A stretch of 60,642 nt of DNA from the NCBI GenBank assembly GCA_049968235.1, contig JBMFRC010000019.1:1-60642 (forward strand), written 5' to 3'. Under the pieces are notes generated by a model. It saw only the letters and a list, made by a program, of their open reading frames with translations. It searched no databases and was not told where the DNA came from. A program made the position numbers and the translations under genes. Numbering within the stretch: the first letter of the stretch is position 1; every line of letters starts with the position of its first letter. Below, piece by piece: positions 58,144-60,642 of this stretch. The DNA is from Candidatus Hydrogenedens sp. (GTDB lineage Bacteria > Hydrogenedentota > Hydrogenedentia > Hydrogenedentales > Hydrogenedentaceae).

Positions 58144-60390
58144 ATGTATCTTTTTATCATTATTGCTTTGTTATTGTCGAACTTTTTAGCATTTAATACC
58201 ACCGCACAGTCACCTTTGGATATAGCCCAAAAACATAATATTATTTATACAAAGATGCCCAAAACCTGGGATGAAGGGTTACCATTGGGAAATGGTTCTA
58301 TGGGTGCTTTAGTTTGGGGTAATGGTTCACCATTGATTATTTCGATTGACCGTATCGATTTATGGGATTTACGACCAGTTCCTGAATTTGAAAAGGAAGA
58401 GTATAACTTTGAAACAATGAAGAAATGGGAAAACGAAGGTCGCTATGATGATTTAATTAATTTGTATGAAAAACCATACGATAACCCCGGTCCTACAAAA
58501 ATTCCTGCGGGAAGAATAAAAATAAATTTACCCCAGGACAAAAACATAAAAAAAATGGAACTACATTTAAATTGTGCAATGGTCTCTATACATCTAACTG
58601 GTGGTGGACAATTAGAAGTTTACATTCTTTCTGAGTATCCGATAGGATTTATACGTTTGAAAAATTTACCGGATATAACTCCCGAACTAATTGCCCCGCC
58701 ATTTGGGAAACCATCCGATAACAAAAAATTAAGTAATGATGACTTGAGGATGCTTGAGTATCCACCCCCTCAAATGAGAAAAGAAGAGAATACACACTCT
58801 TATTTACAGGAAGGTTGGGGAGGATTTAAATTCGCTGTTTATATGGGCAGGGTAAAGGTAAGTGATAATGAGCAATTGATTGCATGGTCAATTATCCCTT
58901 CAAGTAATGAAACGACAGAACCTTTAGCCATTGCAGAAGAATGTGTCAAAGGTGTGTTAAATAAAGATTACAAGAACTATATACAATCGCATATACAATG
59001 GTGGGAAAAATACTGGAAACAGACCTATGTATCCATACCGGATGAAATTATTGAAAAACGTTGGTATCACGAAACTTATAAATTTGGTTCTGCGGGTGGT
59101 ATTTATCCAATTGCTTTACAGGGACCCTGGACCGCCGATAATGGGAAACGACCACCTTGGAAAGGGGATTATCATCACGACCTGAATACCCAAATGTCCT
59201 ACTGGATAGCTTATTCCGGCAATCGATTAGAACAAGAACGATACTTTATTGAATGGCTATGGAATATCCGAGATGAATGTTTCAAATGGACACAGCGATT
59301 TTTTAATAAACCAGGCTTAAATGTAGCCATGACCACCGATATTATTGGCAGACAAATCGGAGGCTGGCGACAATATACACATTCCGCAACGACAGGTGCT
59401 TGGTTAGCCCATCATTTTTACTGGCACTGGAAATATACAAATGACAGAAACTTCCTGGAACAACGTGCATATCCTTACCTGCACGACTGTGCGGTCTTTC
59501 TCGATGCGATAACCAAAGATACCCGTTCTACCGATGGAAAAAGAAATCTTCCATTAAGTTCCTCTCCCGAAATTAACGATAACAATCCCAATGCATGGTT
59601 TGATGAATTGACCAACTACGATTTATCGCTCATTCGCTGGCTGTTTACATCCACTGCCGAATTAGCAGGAATTCTTGGAAAAGAAGAAGAACAAAAACAC
59701 TGGTTGACAATCGCCGAAGAATTCCCTCAACTCTGGGTTTCTGATAAAGAAGGATTATTAGTAGCAAAGGATTACAAATTACCTCATTCACATCGCCATT
59801 TCTCTCATTTAATGTCAATATTCCCATTAGGTATGTTAAATCCGTATAATGACAATGATATGGAAATCATAAATAAATCGTTGGACTATCTTGATAAATT
59901 AGGCACATCCCAATGGTGCGGATATAGTTTCGCATGGAAAAGCATTTTGTCCGCTCGTGCTGGTAGAACCGAAGACACAATTCGAAACCTAAAAATCTTC
60001 TCAGAAGGCTTTGTATTACCAAATAGTTTCCATTGCAACGGTGACCAATCCGGCAAAGGATATAGCGATTTCAAATATCGTCCATTTACATTAGAAGGAA
60101 ATTTTGCTTCAGGAACTGCCGTTCAGGAAATGCTATTACAAAGTCATAATGGGTTGATACACATATTTCCTTGCATTCCTGATGATTGGAAAAATGTATC
60201 CTTTTACCAACTTCGAGCGGAAGGTGGTTTCTTAATTTCTGCTGAACGAAAAGCAGGGAAGACAATAAAAGTTATTATCCAATCCGATATGGGAACACAA
60301 AGCACAATACTTTGTCCCTTTACCAACAAAAGAATAGACTTAAAATTCAAACCCGGAGAAACAAAAGAATTGAAACCACCAAACAATTAA
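58144..60390 (+). CDS. Secreted glycoside hydrolase, GH95-like (alpha-L-fucosidase/galactosidase family)
   Basis: Signal peptide. The N-terminal region LPLGNGSMGALVWGNG...IDRIDLWD resembles the conserved GH95 N-terminal LPIGNGRLGAMVFGG...LNEDTLW block. 748 aa fits GH95 size. Family call not verified. Confidence 0.45.
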   Translation: MYLFIIIALLLSNFLAFNTTAQSPLDIAQKHNIIYTKMPKTWDEGLPLGNGSMGALVWGNGSPLIISIDRIDLWDLRPVPEFEKEEYNFETMKKWENEGRYDDLINLYEKPYDNPGPTKIPAGRIKINLPQDKNIKKMELHLNCAMVSIHLTGGGQLEVYILSEYPIGFIRLKNLPDITPELIAPPFGKPSDNKKLSNDDLRMLEYPPPQMRKEENTHSYLQEGWGGFKFAVYMGRVKVSDNEQLIAWSIIPSSNETTEPLAIAEECVKGVLNKDYKNYIQSHIQWWEKYWKQTYVSIPDEIIEKRWYHETYKFGSAGGIYPIALQGPWTADNGKRPPWKGDYHHDLNTQMSYWIAYSGNRLEQERYFIEWLWNIRDECFKWTQRFFNKPGLNVAMTTDIIGRQIGGWRQYTHSATTGAWLAHHFYWHWKYTNDRNFLEQRAYPYLHDCAVFLDAITKDTRSTDGKRNLPLSSSPEINDNNPNAWFDELTNYDLSLIRWLFTSTAELAGILGKEEEQKHWLTIAEEFPQLWVSDKEGLLVAKDYKLPHSHRHFSHLMSIFPLGMLNPYNDNDMEIINKSLDYLDKLGTSQWCGYSFAWKSILSARAGRTEDTIRNLKIFSEGFVLPNSFHCNGDQSGKGYSDFKYRPFTLEGNFASGTAVQEMLLQSHNGLIHIFPCIPDDWKNVSFYQLRAEGGFLISAERKAGKTIKVIIQSDMGTQSTILCPFTNKRIDLKFKPGETKELKPPNN

Positions 60391-60642
60391 CAAACACCTC
60401 CAAATAAATAAGAACCATCACAGATAGATCTGCCCTACTACATTCACACAAAAAAATTTTTTGCCCCTACATTACCACGTCTGCATGGCAATACCCTTGC
60501 GAAATGTCATTCCTCTTTGTCTAACGCGTCAAAACAGTCAGCCATGTCCGATTTTCCATCCCGTAACCAAACCCCGCCTGTATGGTAATGTCTCTCTTTG
60601 TATAGGCAAATAATCATTTGCTCTGAAATGGGAAATATGATA

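Noticed and set aside
1-60642. Search for tRNA, rRNA or CRISPR arrays in all intergenic spacers
   Set aside because: No cloverleaf-compatible GTTCGAnTC T-arm motifs in non-coding stretches. No rRNA-like conserved blocks. No regularly spaced direct repeats. None reported.

Overview
This 60.6 kb window is AT-rich and densely coding, with about 44 protein genes, short intergenic spacers and no rRNA, tRNA or CRISPR array visible by eye. The gene content points to a Planctomycetota-like (PVC) genome. I base that on a DUF1559 prepilin-type protein with an H-X9-DG-like tail, two Tat-signal Gfo/Idh/MocA oxidoreductases each followed by a giant Sec-exported HEAT-repeat protein, a Ser/Thr kinase fused to an FGE-sulfatase domain, and many large secreted proteins of unknown function.

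Main blocks, in order:
1. A complete hydrogenase maturation operon, hypA-B-F-C-D-E, on the minus strand (1618..7423), with no [NiFe] hydrogenase structural genes in the window.
2. A minus-strand glpK / secreted xylose-isomerase-like TIM barrel / Na:solute symporter cluster (9083..13391).
3. A tight minus-strand envelope and division operon, ftsK / RodZ-like HTH / pgsA / alr / NYN(YacP) (14495..19976).
4. Two parallel oxidoreductase-plus-HEAT-scaffold modules:
   - ThuB-like Gfo/Idh/MocA followed by a HEAT protein with a C-terminal DUF1080 domain (21682..25752).
   - ThuB-like Gfo/Idh/MocA followed by a ThuA-HEAT-beta-sandwich protein (40957..46031).
5. Several genes on a shared theme of periplasmic oxidative, 3-keto type, glycoside cleavage: a tandem-DUF1080 secreted protein, a GxGYxYP-like protein, and a GH95-like glycoside hydrolase.
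6. A coupled radical-SAM / DUF4130 putative DNA-repair pair.
7. A DUF1559 gene inactivated by two single-base nonsense codons, lying inverted relative to an intact paralog about 8 kb away.
8. A tRNA-modification neighbourhood: miaB, pepA, mtaB and a LarE-like PP-loop gene.
9. cspA behind a near-consensus sigma70 promoter.
10. Mrp/ApbC fused to a DUF971 domain.

I mapped three intrinsic terminators and one promoter directly from the sequence. One unusually long (770 bp) purine-rich convergent intergenic region carries a 15-bp-stem hairpin. All functional calls rest on motifs I can see in the translations. I ran no database searches.
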